DNA of 64,000 nt. Source: Chloroflexota bacterium (GTDB taxonomy: Bacteria > Chloroflexota > UBA11872 > VXOZ01). Position 1 is the stretch's first letter. Every line of letters starts with the position of its first letter. Location: contig OY760183.1 in assembly GCA_963663275.1 (NCBI GenBank), forward strand, positions 2,880,001 through 2,944,000. The letters run 5' to 3'. Below are positions 21,326 through 35,131 of this stretch, one piece after another. The notes under the pieces were generated by a model that was not told the origin of the DNA, made no database searches, and worked only from the letters and a program-made list of their open reading frames with translations. The translations under genes and the position numbers were made by a program.

Positions 21326-22234
21326 ATGGAGAAAATCGATCGCTTTCGCGGCACGCTGGTCGGTCTCGCCACCGGCGAGTGCCTCGGCGCGGCCACCGAG
21401 GGCCTGACGCCCGCGGAGATCCGCGCCCGCTTCGGCGTCTTGCGCGGACTGCGCGGCCCCGCCAACGCCCGCGCCGGCGAGATCGCCAATCAAGCGCGCT
21501 GCCTGGCGGAGAGCCTGGTGGCCCACAAGCAGTACGATCCCGATGACGCTTTGCAGCGGCTGGTCGCGTGGTCGTTCAGTTCCCAGGGCGTGCTCTCCCA
21601 GGACGTAACCAAACAAGCCCTGGCCAAGGTGGCCAGCGGCATGATGTGGGAACACGCCTCGTCCCTCACCTACTGGGAAAGCGGCGGCAAGACCACCGGC
21701 AACCACGTTGTGGGCCGTTGCGCGCCCTTGGCGCTGCTGTACGCGCAGCATCCCGAGCAGAACATTGCCGCCACCTACAATAGCGCCCGGCTGACGCATT
21801 ACGACCGCATGTGGAGTTGGGCCGCCGTTACCCTCAACCTGATCATCTCCGCCCTCATCGCCGGCAACAGCATCAAGGACTCCCTCAAGCTCATCGTCGA
21901 CCACTTGGATGACTTCGACGTGCCGCTGCCGATCCTGGAGCGCCTCTCAGAGTTGGAACCGGGTTCGTACATCCAGCCGTCCACGATGGCGTTCGACGCC
22001 CTGGAAGCCGCCCTGGTCTGCCTGCTGCGCACGGAGACCGCCGAGTCCGCGCTGGTGGAAGCCGTAAACCTGGGCGGCGCCAGCCAGACTACGGGCGCGG
22101 TCTGCGGCGCGCTGGCCGGCGCGGCCTACGGGCTGGCTCGTATCCCGGACCGCTGGTGGCAGCGGCTCGAAGACGTAGAGGAGTTCGTAGAATTGGCCGA
22201 CCGCATCTGCGCGCTCGCCAGCGATAGCTCGTGA
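21326..22234 (+). CDS. ADP-ribosylglycohydrolase (DraG/ARH)-fold protein lacking the catalytic aspartates
   Basis: DRFRGTLVGLATGECLG; RLTH; AVNLGG.....GAVCGALAGAAYG..IP..W. Confidence 0.85.
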   Translation: MEKIDRFRGTLVGLATGECLGAATEGLTPAEIRARFGVLRGLRGPANARAGEIANQARCLAESLVAHKQYDPDDALQRLVAWSFSSQGVLSQDVTKQALAKVASGMMWEHASSLTYWESGGKTTGNHVVGRCAPLALLYAQHPEQNIAATYNSARLTHYDRMWSWAAVTLNLIISALIAGNSIKDSLKLIVDHLDDFDVPLPILERLSELEPGSYIQPSTMAFDALEAALVCLLRTETAESALVEAVNLGGASQTTGAVCGALAGAAYGLARIPDRWWQRLEDVEEFVELADRICALASDSS

Positions 22235-22929
22235 AGTTTCCCGCCCCACTGCAAGCGGCGCGCTTCCTCTCCCGGCCGAACCGGTTCACGTGTCTCGTGC
22301 GGCTTTCCGGTCAAAGAGCGCCCGCCAGGGCCCACCTGCCCGACCCCGGACGCTTGCGCGAGTTGCTGCAACCCGGCGTGCGCGTGTGGGTGGAACCAAA
22401 GAGCGGAGCGGAGCGCAAGACGGCGTATCAGGTGTGGCTGGTAGAGCAAGCGGGCACGCTCGTCTCGCTGAACACCCAACTACCAAACCTGCTCGTGGGG
22501 GAAGCGATGGCTCGGGGTCGCCTGGCGGAGTTTGCGCGCTACACCGCCTGGGAGCGCGAACGCCGCAGCGGGGAAAGCCGCCTCGACTTCCGCCTCTCCA
22601 ATGAGGCTGAAACGTGCTGGGTGGAGGTCAAGTCGGTCACGCTGGTGGAGGATGGGCGCGGCCTCTTCCCGGACGCGCCTACGGCGCGCGGGCGCAGGCA
22701 CCTGGCGGAACTGACACGGCTCCGGCGCAACGGCTCGCGCGCCGTTGCGCTCTTCGTCGCGCAGCGCGCCGACGCGCACAGCGTTGCCGCCAATCGCGAC
22801 ACGGATCCCGCGTTCGCCGCCGCCCTGCGAGACGCCCACCGGCACGGCGTCGAATGCATCGCCTACACGTGCGCAATTACCACCGAGCGCGCCGCGCTGC
22901 ATGAGCGCATACCCGTGATCGTCCGGTAG
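22231..22929 (+). CDS. sfsA: SfsA DNA/RNA nuclease
   Basis: RPNRF; SRLDF; VEVKSVTL; FPDAPTARGRRHL. Confidence 0.93.
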   Translation: MKFPAPLQAARFLSRPNRFTCLVRLSGQRAPARAHLPDPGRLRELLQPGVRVWVEPKSGAERKTAYQVWLVEQAGTLVSLNTQLPNLLVGEAMARGRLAEFARYTAWERERRSGESRLDFRLSNEAETCWVEVKSVTLVEDGRGLFPDAPTARGRRHLAELTRLRRNGSRAVALFVAQRADAHSVAANRDTDPAFAAALRDAHRHGVECIAYTCAITTERAALHERIPVIVR

Positions 22930-23012
22930 CGCCTCATCACCAAGCGCACCGTCATCGGCCATCCGTCATCAATCATCCGTCTACCAACTCTTGCGCATGG
23001 CCGGACTCGCTC

Positions 23013-23052
23013 TTGTCCCCTCTCCCTGGGGGAGAGGGCTAGGGTGAGGGGA
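23013..23052. repeat. Palindromic repeat family A
   Basis: ttgtcccctctccctgggggagagggctagggtgagggg. Confidence 0.75.
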
Positions 23053-23163
23053 TTCGCGTGGGCATTCACAAAGTCGAAGCAGCACGAGACTGCCCTCGCC
23101 TTCTCGCAGACATCCACCGCGATAAAGCGCACGCCACTGGACGCCAATTCCCACCAAAAGCCT

Positions 23164-23925
23164 CTACTCCGGCGCTACAATCGGATTGGCAAGCGTGCCG
23201 ATGTTCTCGATCACCACCTCCACCCGGTCGCCGACCTGCATCGGGCCGATGCCGCTGGGCGTGCCGGTAATGATCACGTCGCCGGGGAACAGCGTGAACG
23301 CCTGCGAGACGTAGTGGACGATGAAGTCCGGCTTGAACACCATGTCGGCCGTGTTGCTATCCTGCTTGACCTCGCCGTTGAGTATCGTCTGGATGCGCAA
23401 GCCCACGGGGTCGATCTCGTTCACCAGCACCGGCCCCAGGGGGCAGAACGTATCCATGCCCTTGGCCCGCGCCCATTGCCCGTCGGCGCGTTGCAGGTCG
23501 CGCGCGCTGACGTCGTTGGCGCAGGTGTAGCCGGCCACCACGCCCGGGGCGTCAGCCACCGAAATCCGGTGCGCCGCCTTGCCGATGACAATCGCCAACT
23601 CGCACTCGTAGTCCAACTGCGTCGTCAGGTGCGAATAGATCACGCCCTCTTCCGGGCCGATTATGGCCGTGGGCGGCTTCAGGAACAGCATCGGCTCCTT
23701 GGGCACCTCCATGCCGCTCTCCTCGGCGTGGAGCTTATAGTTCAGGCCGACGCAAATGACCTTCGTCGGCGACGCCGGCGGCAGAATGGAGAGGTCCGCC
23801 AGCGCGAGCGTCCGGTTCCGCTTCGTCCAACCGGTAATCGGATCGCCCAGCACCGCCGTGACACGATCCCCTTCGACGATTCCCCATCCGTCGCTAGAGC
23901 CGTCTTGATAACGAACGAACTTCAC
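23164..23925 (-). CDS. Fumarylacetoacetate hydrolase family protein
   Basis: CVGLNY; DYECEL; NDVSARD; GDVIITGTP. Confidence 0.92.
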   Translation of the reverse strand: MKFVRYQDGSSDGWGIVEGDRVTAVLGDPITGWTKRNRTLALADLSILPPASPTKVICVGLNYKLHAEESGMEVPKEPMLFLKPPTAIIGPEEGVIYSHLTTQLDYECELAIVIGKAAHRISVADAPGVVAGYTCANDVSARDLQRADGQWARAKGMDTFCPLGPVLVNEIDPVGLRIQTILNGEVKQDSNTADMVFKPDFIVHYVSQAFTLFPGDVIITGTPSGIGPMQVGDRVEVVIENIGTLANPIVAPE

Positions 23926-24005
23926 GTGCTACACTCCTTTGCATTCGGGCATTCCTGCAACTAGGATAGTCATTCTCGTGCGCGGATGCAAAGCGCGCTA
24001 CCGGC

Positions 24006-24950
24006 TCAATGGCCCTGCGCCGCGAGTTCCTGGCGGAAGTAGGCAATCGTCTCGCGCAGTCCCGCTTCCAGCGACGTTTCCGGGCTCCATCCCAAGCGCG
24101 CCCGCGCCTTGGTAATGTCCGGGCGCCGCCGTTGCGGATCGTCGGCGGGCAGCGGCTTGTGCACGATCGGCGCGTTGGTGTCCGTCAGCCGCACGATCAT
24201 GTCGGCGAACTCGCGGATCGTGCGCTCGTCCGGGTTGCCGAGATTGAAGACGTCCCCTTGCGTCTCCGGCGTGAACATCGCCGCCGCGATGCCGCGCACC
24301 AGGTCACCCACGTAGCAAAACGAGCGCGTCTGCGCGCCCTCGCCGTAGATGGTGATGGGCCGCCCGGCCAGCGCCTGGGCGATGAAGTTCGGCACCACGC
24401 GGCCGTCGCGGGGATCGTTGCGCGGCCCGTAGGTATTGAAGATGCGGATGATGCGGGCGTCTACCCCGTACTGGCGCGCGTACTCCATCGTCAGAGCCTC
24501 GCCAAACCGCTTCCCCTCGTCGTAGCACGCCCGCGGCCCTATCGGATTCACGTTGCCCCAGTAGGTCTCCCGCTGCGGGTGCTCCAGCGGATCGCCGTAC
24601 ACCTCGGAAGTAGACGCATAGAGGAATTGCGCCCCGTTCGCGCGCGCCAGCGCCAGCAGGTTGTCCGTGCCCACGGAATTCACGCGCAACGTCTCGATGG
24701 GATGCCGCAGGTATCCCTCCGGGCTGGCCGGACTCGCCAGGTGAAACACCGCGCCGCCTTGCCAGACGAACGGCTCGACAACGTCGTGCTGAAGCAGCGT
24801 AAACCGGTCGCTTTCCGCCAGGTGAGCGACGTTCCGGGCCCGTCCGGTAATGACGTTATCGACCGCGGTGACGTGATGCCCCTGCGCAATCAGGTAATCA
24901 CAGAGATGCGAGCCGACGAAGCCCGCGCCGCCCGCGACCAAGACCCGCAC
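24006..24950 (-). CDS. UDP-glucuronate decarboxylase-like NAD-dependent epimerase/dehydratase
   Basis: GGAGFVGSHL; HLASPASP; STSEVYGDP; YDEGKR. Confidence 0.9.
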   Translation of the reverse strand: MRVLVAGGAGFVGSHLCDYLIAQGHHVTAVDNVITGRARNVAHLAESDRFTLLQHDVVEPFVWQGGAVFHLASPASPEGYLRHPIETLRVNSVGTDNLLALARANGAQFLYASTSEVYGDPLEHPQRETYWGNVNPIGPRACYDEGKRFGEALTMEYARQYGVDARIIRIFNTYGPRNDPRDGRVVPNFIAQALAGRPITIYGEGAQTRSFCYVGDLVRGIAAAMFTPETQGDVFNLGNPDERTIREFADMIVRLTDTNAPIVHKPLPADDPQRRRPDITKARARLGWSPETSLEAGLRETIAYFRQELAAQGH

Positions 24951-25072
24951 GCTATGCCCTCGTTTCTCGTTACCCACGCCGCCGCGCGCCCATTGTACCA
25001 CGCGGGGCTAGGCACACCGCGCCGCGTCCAGGCGGCCCCGCGCGCGGCCCGGCGCAATCCGGCGCGATAGGG

Positions 25073-25101
25073 TTGACGCGCGGGCAGTAAGGTGTTAGTG
25101 T
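25073..25101 (+). promoter_or_regulatory. Putative sigma70-type rRNA promoter
   Basis: TTGACG-N17-TAGTGT with TGn extended -10; boxA-like GCACATTAACA at about 25132. Confidence 0.6.
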
Positions 25102-25243
25102 AGAAAGGCACTGCGCCGCAAGGCGTTGGTGGCACATTAACAGGAAAAGAGTGATGAAGGTAAGGGTGAGGGAAGAGGAGAGCCGGGGGGAGACTGGGTG
25201 GATGGGAGTGGTGGAGACAGAGCAACTGAGCATGAGATGTTTT

Positions 25244-26778
<1,535 letters not shown>

Positions 26779-26885
26779 AGGGTTTTTCCCAACACCTCTC
26801 CATACCCCACACATACCTCCCTAACCTCCTACTAACCACACCCCCCTTCATCACCCTCCTCCTGCTAATTAGCCACCAGACACCA

Positions 26886-26925
26886 ACGCCCCGCCTCACC
26901 GGCAGGGCGTTCGCTCTTTCTCTTA
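26886..26925 (+). terminator. Possible intrinsic terminator after 16S
   Basis: AACGCCCCGCC-loop-GGCAGGGCGTT followed by a pyrimidine-rich tract. Confidence 0.45.
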
Positions 26926-27008
26926 TCCCCCGGTCGCATTTCAACCAGACCGTGCCATTGCGCGACCGGCGGCGGCCATTTGAAAACTGCCCGGTGGACC
27001 CAAAACGA

Positions 27009-27038
27009 CGTAGGGGCACGACGTGTCGTGCCCCTACG
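27009..27038. repeat. GTAG-type REP family D
   Basis: cgtaggggcacgacgtgtcgtgcccctacg. Confidence 0.85.
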
Positions 27039-27108
27039 CATATGTGCTTCCGGCTACCGGGGACTGTGTTTGCGTCCCCGTCACAGGCCCGTTGAAGACC
27101 GGCGCGTA

Positions 27109-27876
27109 CTAGACCGGCACGCCGGCCAACGCTTCCATCAATTCCACGTTCTCGTCCACCTCGGCTTTGTTCTCCATGCCCAGCACCACCGCATCCACGC
27201 TGGAGAGATTCAGCACGAATTCCAGCGCCCGCCGGCGATCTTCCAGCAACTTGCCCGCGCCGTAGACCTTCATGCCGTAGATGCCCTGGCCCCGCGCCGA
27301 CATCTCGTCCATCACCGGGATGACTTCCGCGGGCGAAGCGTCCATCAAGACGCCGTCGTAGTTGATGCGCGCCAGCACCACCTCAACCCACGGCGTGGCG
27401 GCGGCCAGCTTGAAGGCGTCGAAATCATGGCAGGAAACGCCCACCGCGCGTATCATGCCCCGGTCCTGGCACACCGAGAGCGCCTCCATGCAGTCCTGGT
27501 AGCGCGTCGTCCAATCGTGCTCCGTGAGACAGTGCAGCAGCACGATGTCCGCGTAGTCCGTGCCCAATTCGCGCAGGAAGCGTTCCACGTCCTGGCGCAC
27601 GCCGGCGGCGGTACGGGACGTGGTCTTGGTGGTGACGACAACCTGGTCGCGGGGCAGCAGGCGCAGCGCCTCGCGCACGTGGGGATGGGAGCCGTACTGG
27701 TCCGCGGTGTCCCAGAAACGCACACCGGCGTCGTAGGCGTAGCAGAGCAGGTCGATCAGGCCCTGTTCGCCAAGCTGCCGCGTCTGGTTCGACGAGCCGT
27801 TCCAGCCGACCGTGCCGGTGCCGATGCACAGGCGGGAGACCTCGATGCCGGAGTTTCCAAGCGTTACCTGCTGCAT
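27109..27876 (-). CDS. Aldo/keto reductase
   Basis: SRLCIGT; WDTADQYG; DIVLLH; GVSCH. Confidence 0.9.
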   Translation of the reverse strand: MQQVTLGNSGIEVSRLCIGTGTVGWNGSSNQTRQLGEQGLIDLLCYAYDAGVRFWDTADQYGSHPHVREALRLLPRDQVVVTTKTTSRTAAGVRQDVERFLRELGTDYADIVLLHCLTEHDWTTRYQDCMEALSVCQDRGMIRAVGVSCHDFDAFKLAAATPWVEVVLARINYDGVLMDASPAEVIPVMDEMSARGQGIYGMKVYGAGKLLEDRRRALEFVLNLSSVDAVVLGMENKAEVDENVELMEALAGVPV

Positions 27877-27957
27877 GTTCGCTGACTCCTTGCCGTTTCT
27901 TACGGTTTGCTGCTCATTCTATCACGCTATGCGCGGCCGCGCGCGCCGGGCAGTCGT

Positions 27958-29190
<1,233 letters not shown>

Positions 29191-29382
29191 TGGATGCCGC
29201 AACCTCGTGTCATCACGTCTACTCCGATTCCGGTTGAACGCCCGTTGTTTGAACAGGATGATAGTGACAAACCGCCCGCCGACCGTCAAGCGAACGCCAT
29301 CGCTTGCACCCGGCGCGTTACCTGAAAGATGTCTATCAATCGCCAGCCCTGCCCCGATGTTTGGTTGCAGTTCCAACTCGCT

Positions 29383-29409
29383 GGCGGGGGACAAGCCCCC
29401 GCGCTACGG
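29383..29409. repeat. REP family C (GGGGACAAGCCCCCGCGCTAC)
   Basis: Identical core at about 45413 and 51203. Confidence 0.75.
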
Positions 29410-29535
29410 CTTAGCGGCGAGAGCGACTTGGCCAGAAAACACACGCGACATCCACGCGCTTTGAATAGAAGGTGACAAGCGGCGCGCGCTCTTGTACTGT
29501 AGACTAATGCAGGAACTGTTTTCCAGGAGGTCTCG

Positions 29536-30471
29536 ATGGCGCGGAAAGTGCGAGTGGCCGTCTGTTCGACGCCGCTCCGCGTGCCCAAGGGTTCCGACGG
29601 CGAAATACATGCGTACAACCTGGACGTCGCGGAAGAACTCATCGTCCGCGCCGTGGAGCAGCGGGCCGACGTGGCCTGCCTGCCCGAGGTCTTCCACGTG
29701 AAAGGCATCGGGGGCGCGGGCAGAGCCGCGAATTGGTTCGAGGACGTGCCCGGCGGCCCAGCCTATATGCGCATGTCGCAGGTCGCGCGGCGCTACGGCA
29801 TCAACGTCATCGCGCCCATCTTTGCCCTGGAACACGGCGAGCGCCGCAATCTGGCGATGGTCTTCGACCGTAACGGCAGGTATCGCGGCGGTTATCAGAA
29901 GGTGCACCTTACCGAGGTCGAGCGCGATGCGTGGGGAATTGTCCCGGGTCGCGAGTGGCCCGTGTTCGACCTCGACTTTGGCAGGATCGGCATTACGATT
30001 TGCTACGACGTGAACTTCCCGGAGGGCTTTCGCATCCTCGCGCTGCAAGGCGCCGAGATCATCTTCCATCCCACCGTCTACAGCATGTACGGTGAGGTCG
30101 GATGGGAGGCCGTGATACAGGCCCGGGCCATTGACAATTGCGTCTACGTCTGCCCCGTGAACAATGGCATCGACGATGACGCGCCCTGGATGCCCGGCAT
30201 GTGCCTCAATCGCAGCAGCGTCATTGGGCCGGACGGCATTGCCCTGGCGGATCTGGGGCGCTACTGGGGCACGGCGGTGGCGGAACTGGACCTGGACCGC
30301 CCCCGCATCGTGCGGAGCATGGGCGCTTCCGGCGAGGCGAACTTCCGGCAGAAGATGTGGGAGCACCGCCGCCCTGAGACCTACGGTAAACTGACGGAAC
30401 ACGGCTACTGGGTAGAAAACGGCTACCCGCGTGAGACAGCCGCCGCAATCCAAGCTACGGACAAGGAGTAG
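29536..30471 (+). CDS. Carbon-nitrogen hydrolase (nitrilase superfamily)
   Basis: E-K-C triad: LPEVF, YQKVHL, ICYDVNFPE. Confidence 0.9.
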   Translation: MARKVRVAVCSTPLRVPKGSDGEIHAYNLDVAEELIVRAVEQRADVACLPEVFHVKGIGGAGRAANWFEDVPGGPAYMRMSQVARRYGINVIAPIFALEHGERRNLAMVFDRNGRYRGGYQKVHLTEVERDAWGIVPGREWPVFDLDFGRIGITICYDVNFPEGFRILALQGAEIIFHPTVYSMYGEVGWEAVIQARAIDNCVYVCPVNNGIDDDAPWMPGMCLNRSSVIGPDGIALADLGRYWGTAVAELDLDRPRIVRSMGASGEANFRQKMWEHRRPETYGKLTEHGYWVENGYPRETAAAIQATDKE

Positions 30472-30474
30472 TCG

Positions 30475-31800
<1,326 letters not shown>

Positions 31801-31843
31801 GCAATCATGAACCACGCATACCACTGAACCCAAATACACCGCC

Positions 31844-32653
31844 ATGCTGCTACCCCTCGTCATAACCATCCACATGGACCCCGTGCTGGTGCAGATCGGC
31901 CCCATCGCGCTGCGCTGGTATGGACTCATGTACGTGCTGGGCATCATGGCCGGCGTGTGGACGATTCGCAAGTACGCCAACCGGTGCGGCATCGACGACG
32001 ACCAGATCAATACGCTCTTCTGGCCGGCGGCCATTGCCGGTTTCGTCGGCGGGCGGCTCTACTACGTTTTGCAGCAGCCGCTCAGCCCCTATCTCCAGCA
32101 GCCCTGGCGCATCATCGCTACCTGGGAAGGCGGCATGGCGTTCTACGGCTGCATCTTTGGCGTGGTGATCGCGCTGCTGGTAACGTGCTGGCGCACCAAG
32201 ATCGCGCTCTGGCCGGTGCTGGACGCCGCGGCGCTGCTCGCGCTGCCCGCACAGGGCGTTGGCCGCATCGGCAACATCATCAACGGCGACGTCATCGGCT
32301 ATCCGGCTGAACTGCCCTGGGCGTTCCTCTACACCCATCCCGCCACGTTCGCGCCCAGCACCACCGTCGCCTACCATCCCGCGGCCGTCTACGAATTGCT
32401 GGGCAACGCCGTAATCTTTGCCATACTGTGGCCGTTGCGGCATCGACTGCGCGTGCCCGGGATGGTGTTCGCCCTCTATCTGGTTGGCTATTCCGTCGCG
32501 CAGATCATCATCTTCAACTGGCGGCTGAACGAAGTCGTGCTGTGGGAACTGAAACAGGCGCAGGTAACCGGCATTCTGGTCGCGGCCGCCGGTATCTTGC
32601 TCGCGATCTGGCTGCGACGGGAACATCGGGATAGCAACGCGCAGACCGCTTAA
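31844..32653 (+). CDS. lgt: Prolipoprotein diacylglyceryl transferase
   Basis: RWYGLMY; GGRLYYV; GRIGNIING. Confidence 0.9.
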   Translation: MLLPLVITIHMDPVLVQIGPIALRWYGLMYVLGIMAGVWTIRKYANRCGIDDDQINTLFWPAAIAGFVGGRLYYVLQQPLSPYLQQPWRIIATWEGGMAFYGCIFGVVIALLVTCWRTKIALWPVLDAAALLALPAQGVGRIGNIINGDVIGYPAELPWAFLYTHPATFAPSTTVAYHPAAVYELLGNAVIFAILWPLRHRLRVPGMVFALYLVGYSVAQIIIFNWRLNEVVLWELKQAQVTGILVAAAGILLAIWLRREHRDSNAQTA

Positions 32654-32691
32654 TTCTGGCCGCCGGCCAGGGAGGAGCTTTAGCCCCAAAC

Positions 32692-34236
32692 ATGTCCGGA
32701 ACATCTCGCCTTCTTCTCATTCTCATCGTCTTCGTGGGCGGCATTTCGAGTCTGGGCACGGAGATTGCCGTTTCCCGTCTGATCGCGCCCTTCTTCGGCA
32801 CCTCGCTCTTCGTCTGGGCGAACGTCATCGGCTTTACGCTCTTGTACCTGACGTTGGGATACTACCTGGGCGGACGTATCGCGGACCGCTATCCGCGCCA
32901 GGAGGTGCTCTACCAGTTGACATTGGTAGCGGCGGTGCTGATCGCGTTGCTGCCGTTCGTGTCGCGGCCCATCCTGCAATACTCCCAGGTGGCCTTTGCC
33001 ACGTACTCGCTCGGCGTCTTCTGGGGCTCGCTCCTGGTCGTTCTGCTGCTGTTGGCGATACCCATTACGCTGCTTGGCTGTGTCTCGCCGTACGCGATTC
33101 GCCTGTCGCTGGAAGACGGGGACGTGAAGCAATCGGGCAGCGTAGCCGGCCAACTCTACGCCATTTCAACGGTAGGCAGCCTGCTGGGCGCTTTTCTGCC
33201 CACGCTGGTGCTGATTCCCAATATCGGCACGCGCAACACGTTTCTCGTGTTTGCCTTTGCGCTGCTCCTCATTTCCATAGTCGCGCTCGGCAGGCGCAAG
33301 CTCTTCATGGCGGTGTTCCTGCTGGTTCCGCTCGGCCTGCTATTCTTGCCGCAAGTGACGATAAAGCCCGCGGAAGAGGGCGTTATCATCGAAGAAGCCG
33401 AGTCCGCGTACAACTACATCCGCGTGCTCGAGGATGAGAACGGCACGCGCCACCTGGAACTGAACGAAGGCCAGGCGACGCACTCCATCTACCACCCGGA
33501 GCGGCTGCTTACGGGCGGGCCCTGGGACTATTACCTGGTCGCCCCGTACTTTGCCCCCGGCGTCGAGCCGGCCGACTTGCAGCGCGTGCTCATGATTGGG
33601 TTGGGCGCGGGCACGGTGCCCAAGCAAATGACCCAGATCTACGGGCCGATTGAGATCGTGGGCGTGGAAATCGACCCCAGAATCGTCGATATCGGCCGCC
33701 AGTACTTCGACATGACGGAACCCAACCTCGAAGTGGTGGCGCAGGACGGCCGCTACTTCCTGATGACGGACGACCGCCAGTATGACTTGATCGGCACCGA
33801 CGCCTACCAGCAGCCGTACATACCGTTTCAAATGACGACGCGGGAGTACTTCGAACACGTGCGCGAGCGCCTGACGCCCAACGGCGTGGCGGTGATCAAC
33901 GTGGGGCGCACCTCAACGGACTTTCGCCTGGTGCACACCATTGCCGGCACGATGAAGTCGGTGTTTCCAAACGTCTACATCATAGACATCCCCGGCACCA
34001 TCAATAGCATCGTGGTCGCCACCAACCAGGCGAGCACGCCGCAGGACTACCTGGACAACGTGCAACCCCTGCTGGGCAGCCAGGACGTCGACGACCGCCT
34101 GCGCGTAGTGCTCGCCACGGCCGCGGACCACTACCGCGAACTCACCACCGTGGAGACCCAGACCTTTACCGACGACCTGGCGCCGGTGGAGCAGTTGATT
34201 CACACGATGATCCTGGACATTGCGCAAGGGCAATAG
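32692..34236 (+). CDS. Fused membrane domain / spermidine synthase-like SAM-dependent protein
   Basis: About 7 N-terminal hydrophobic helices; IGLGAG, VEIDP, DGR. Confidence 0.85.
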   Translation: MSGTSRLLLILIVFVGGISSLGTEIAVSRLIAPFFGTSLFVWANVIGFTLLYLTLGYYLGGRIADRYPRQEVLYQLTLVAAVLIALLPFVSRPILQYSQVAFATYSLGVFWGSLLVVLLLLAIPITLLGCVSPYAIRLSLEDGDVKQSGSVAGQLYAISTVGSLLGAFLPTLVLIPNIGTRNTFLVFAFALLLISIVALGRRKLFMAVFLLVPLGLLFLPQVTIKPAEEGVIIEEAESAYNYIRVLEDENGTRHLELNEGQATHSIYHPERLLTGGPWDYYLVAPYFAPGVEPADLQRVLMIGLGAGTVPKQMTQIYGPIEIVGVEIDPRIVDIGRQYFDMTEPNLEVVAQDGRYFLMTDDRQYDLIGTDAYQQPYIPFQMTTREYFEHVRERLTPNGVAVINVGRTSTDFRLVHTIAGTMKSVFPNVYIIDIPGTINSIVVATNQASTPQDYLDNVQPLLGSQDVDDRLRVVLATAADHYRELTTVETQTFTDDLAPVEQLIHTMILDIAQGQ

Positions 34237-34315
34237 ACCCGCGCCGCCGCGTCCGGCCGGCCCGCGCGCTGTCGTTGGATGCGTCTCCCCGAGGCCGGTC
34301 GCCGCCCCGGAAATA

Positions 34316-34363
34316 CAAGAAGCGGCCTGACTTCCCAGTGGAAGACAGGCCGCTTCTTGCTTT
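34316..34363. terminator. Bidirectional terminator-like hairpin
   Basis: CAAGAAGCGGCCTG...CAGGCCGCTTCTTG between convergent genes. Confidence 0.7.
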
Positions 34364-34397
34364 GACCGTTTTGACGAATCCGATGCAGGATGCCCTG

Positions 34398-34733
34398 TCA
34401 GGCTGTCTGCAGCAGGTCGGCTTCGATTGCCTTCAGCAGGTGCGCCTTGGGCCGGAAGCCCACCACGCGCCCAACCTCCTGGCCGTCACGGAAGAAGATG
34501 AGCGTCGGGATGCCCTGCACGCCCAGGCGCGTGGGCGTTTCCAGGTTGTCGTCGGTGTTGAGTTTGGCAAAGACCACCTTGCCGTCGAGTTCGCTGGCAA
34601 GCTCTTTGACAATCGGCTCTACCATCTTGCAGGGTCCGCACCAGGATGCCCAAAAGTCGACGACGACAGGAAGAGAAGCCTCAGTCACGTCTTTGGTGAA
34701 GCTACTATCGGTTACCGTAATCGGTTCAGCCAT
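34398..34733 (-). CDS. trxA: Thioredoxin
   Basis: WCGPC; GIPTL. Confidence 0.95.
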   Translation of the reverse strand: MAEPITVTDSSFTKDVTEASLPVVVDFWASWCGPCKMVEPIVKELASELDGKVVFAKLNTDDNLETPTRLGVQGIPTLIFFRDGQEVGRVVGFRPKAHLLKAIEADLLQTA

Positions 34734-35131
34734 TTCATCCCCTTTCAAGCCAAGCCGCTAGTCCTCCGTCATGCGTACACTGTTCACTATGACAGAGATT
34801 CAGGCGAATTTCAACCGGAAAGGGGCGCCCGTAAGCATTCCCCTCCCGCCCGCCCGCCTGCTAACCTGCAACGCCGGCCACAGTGGGCCATTGCGGCTTT
34901 ATGTAGCCCCGCGCGTGGGAAGGCTTGCCTGCTCCGGGGAATTCCTCCACTTTTTTCCCGGAAGATTCCCGCGGTTTCAGGCGGCAAGAATCGCCTGAAA
35001 GGCAAGCGAGACCCAGTATCGGCGCGGTTGAGACCGGCGCAATGGGGCGCTTGCTTGCGCCTAACTCGTTTGCTACGATGATTCAGGCTTGGTCGAAGCC
35101 TGCGAAACCACAGCACGTTCATCCCAACATT

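Noticed and set aside
31844-32653. Lgt signature variants (AFYG, HPAAVYE)
   Set aside because: Within the variation expected outside Proteobacteria; the core motifs are intact.
34925-35131. Long N-terminal extension of DnaA (likewise ChrA 29191-29394, RdgB 36716-36985, MoeA 51186-51323, CPBP protease 40030-40353)
   Set aside because: ORF-caller extension into intergenic or repeat DNA; family homology begins at downstream starts.
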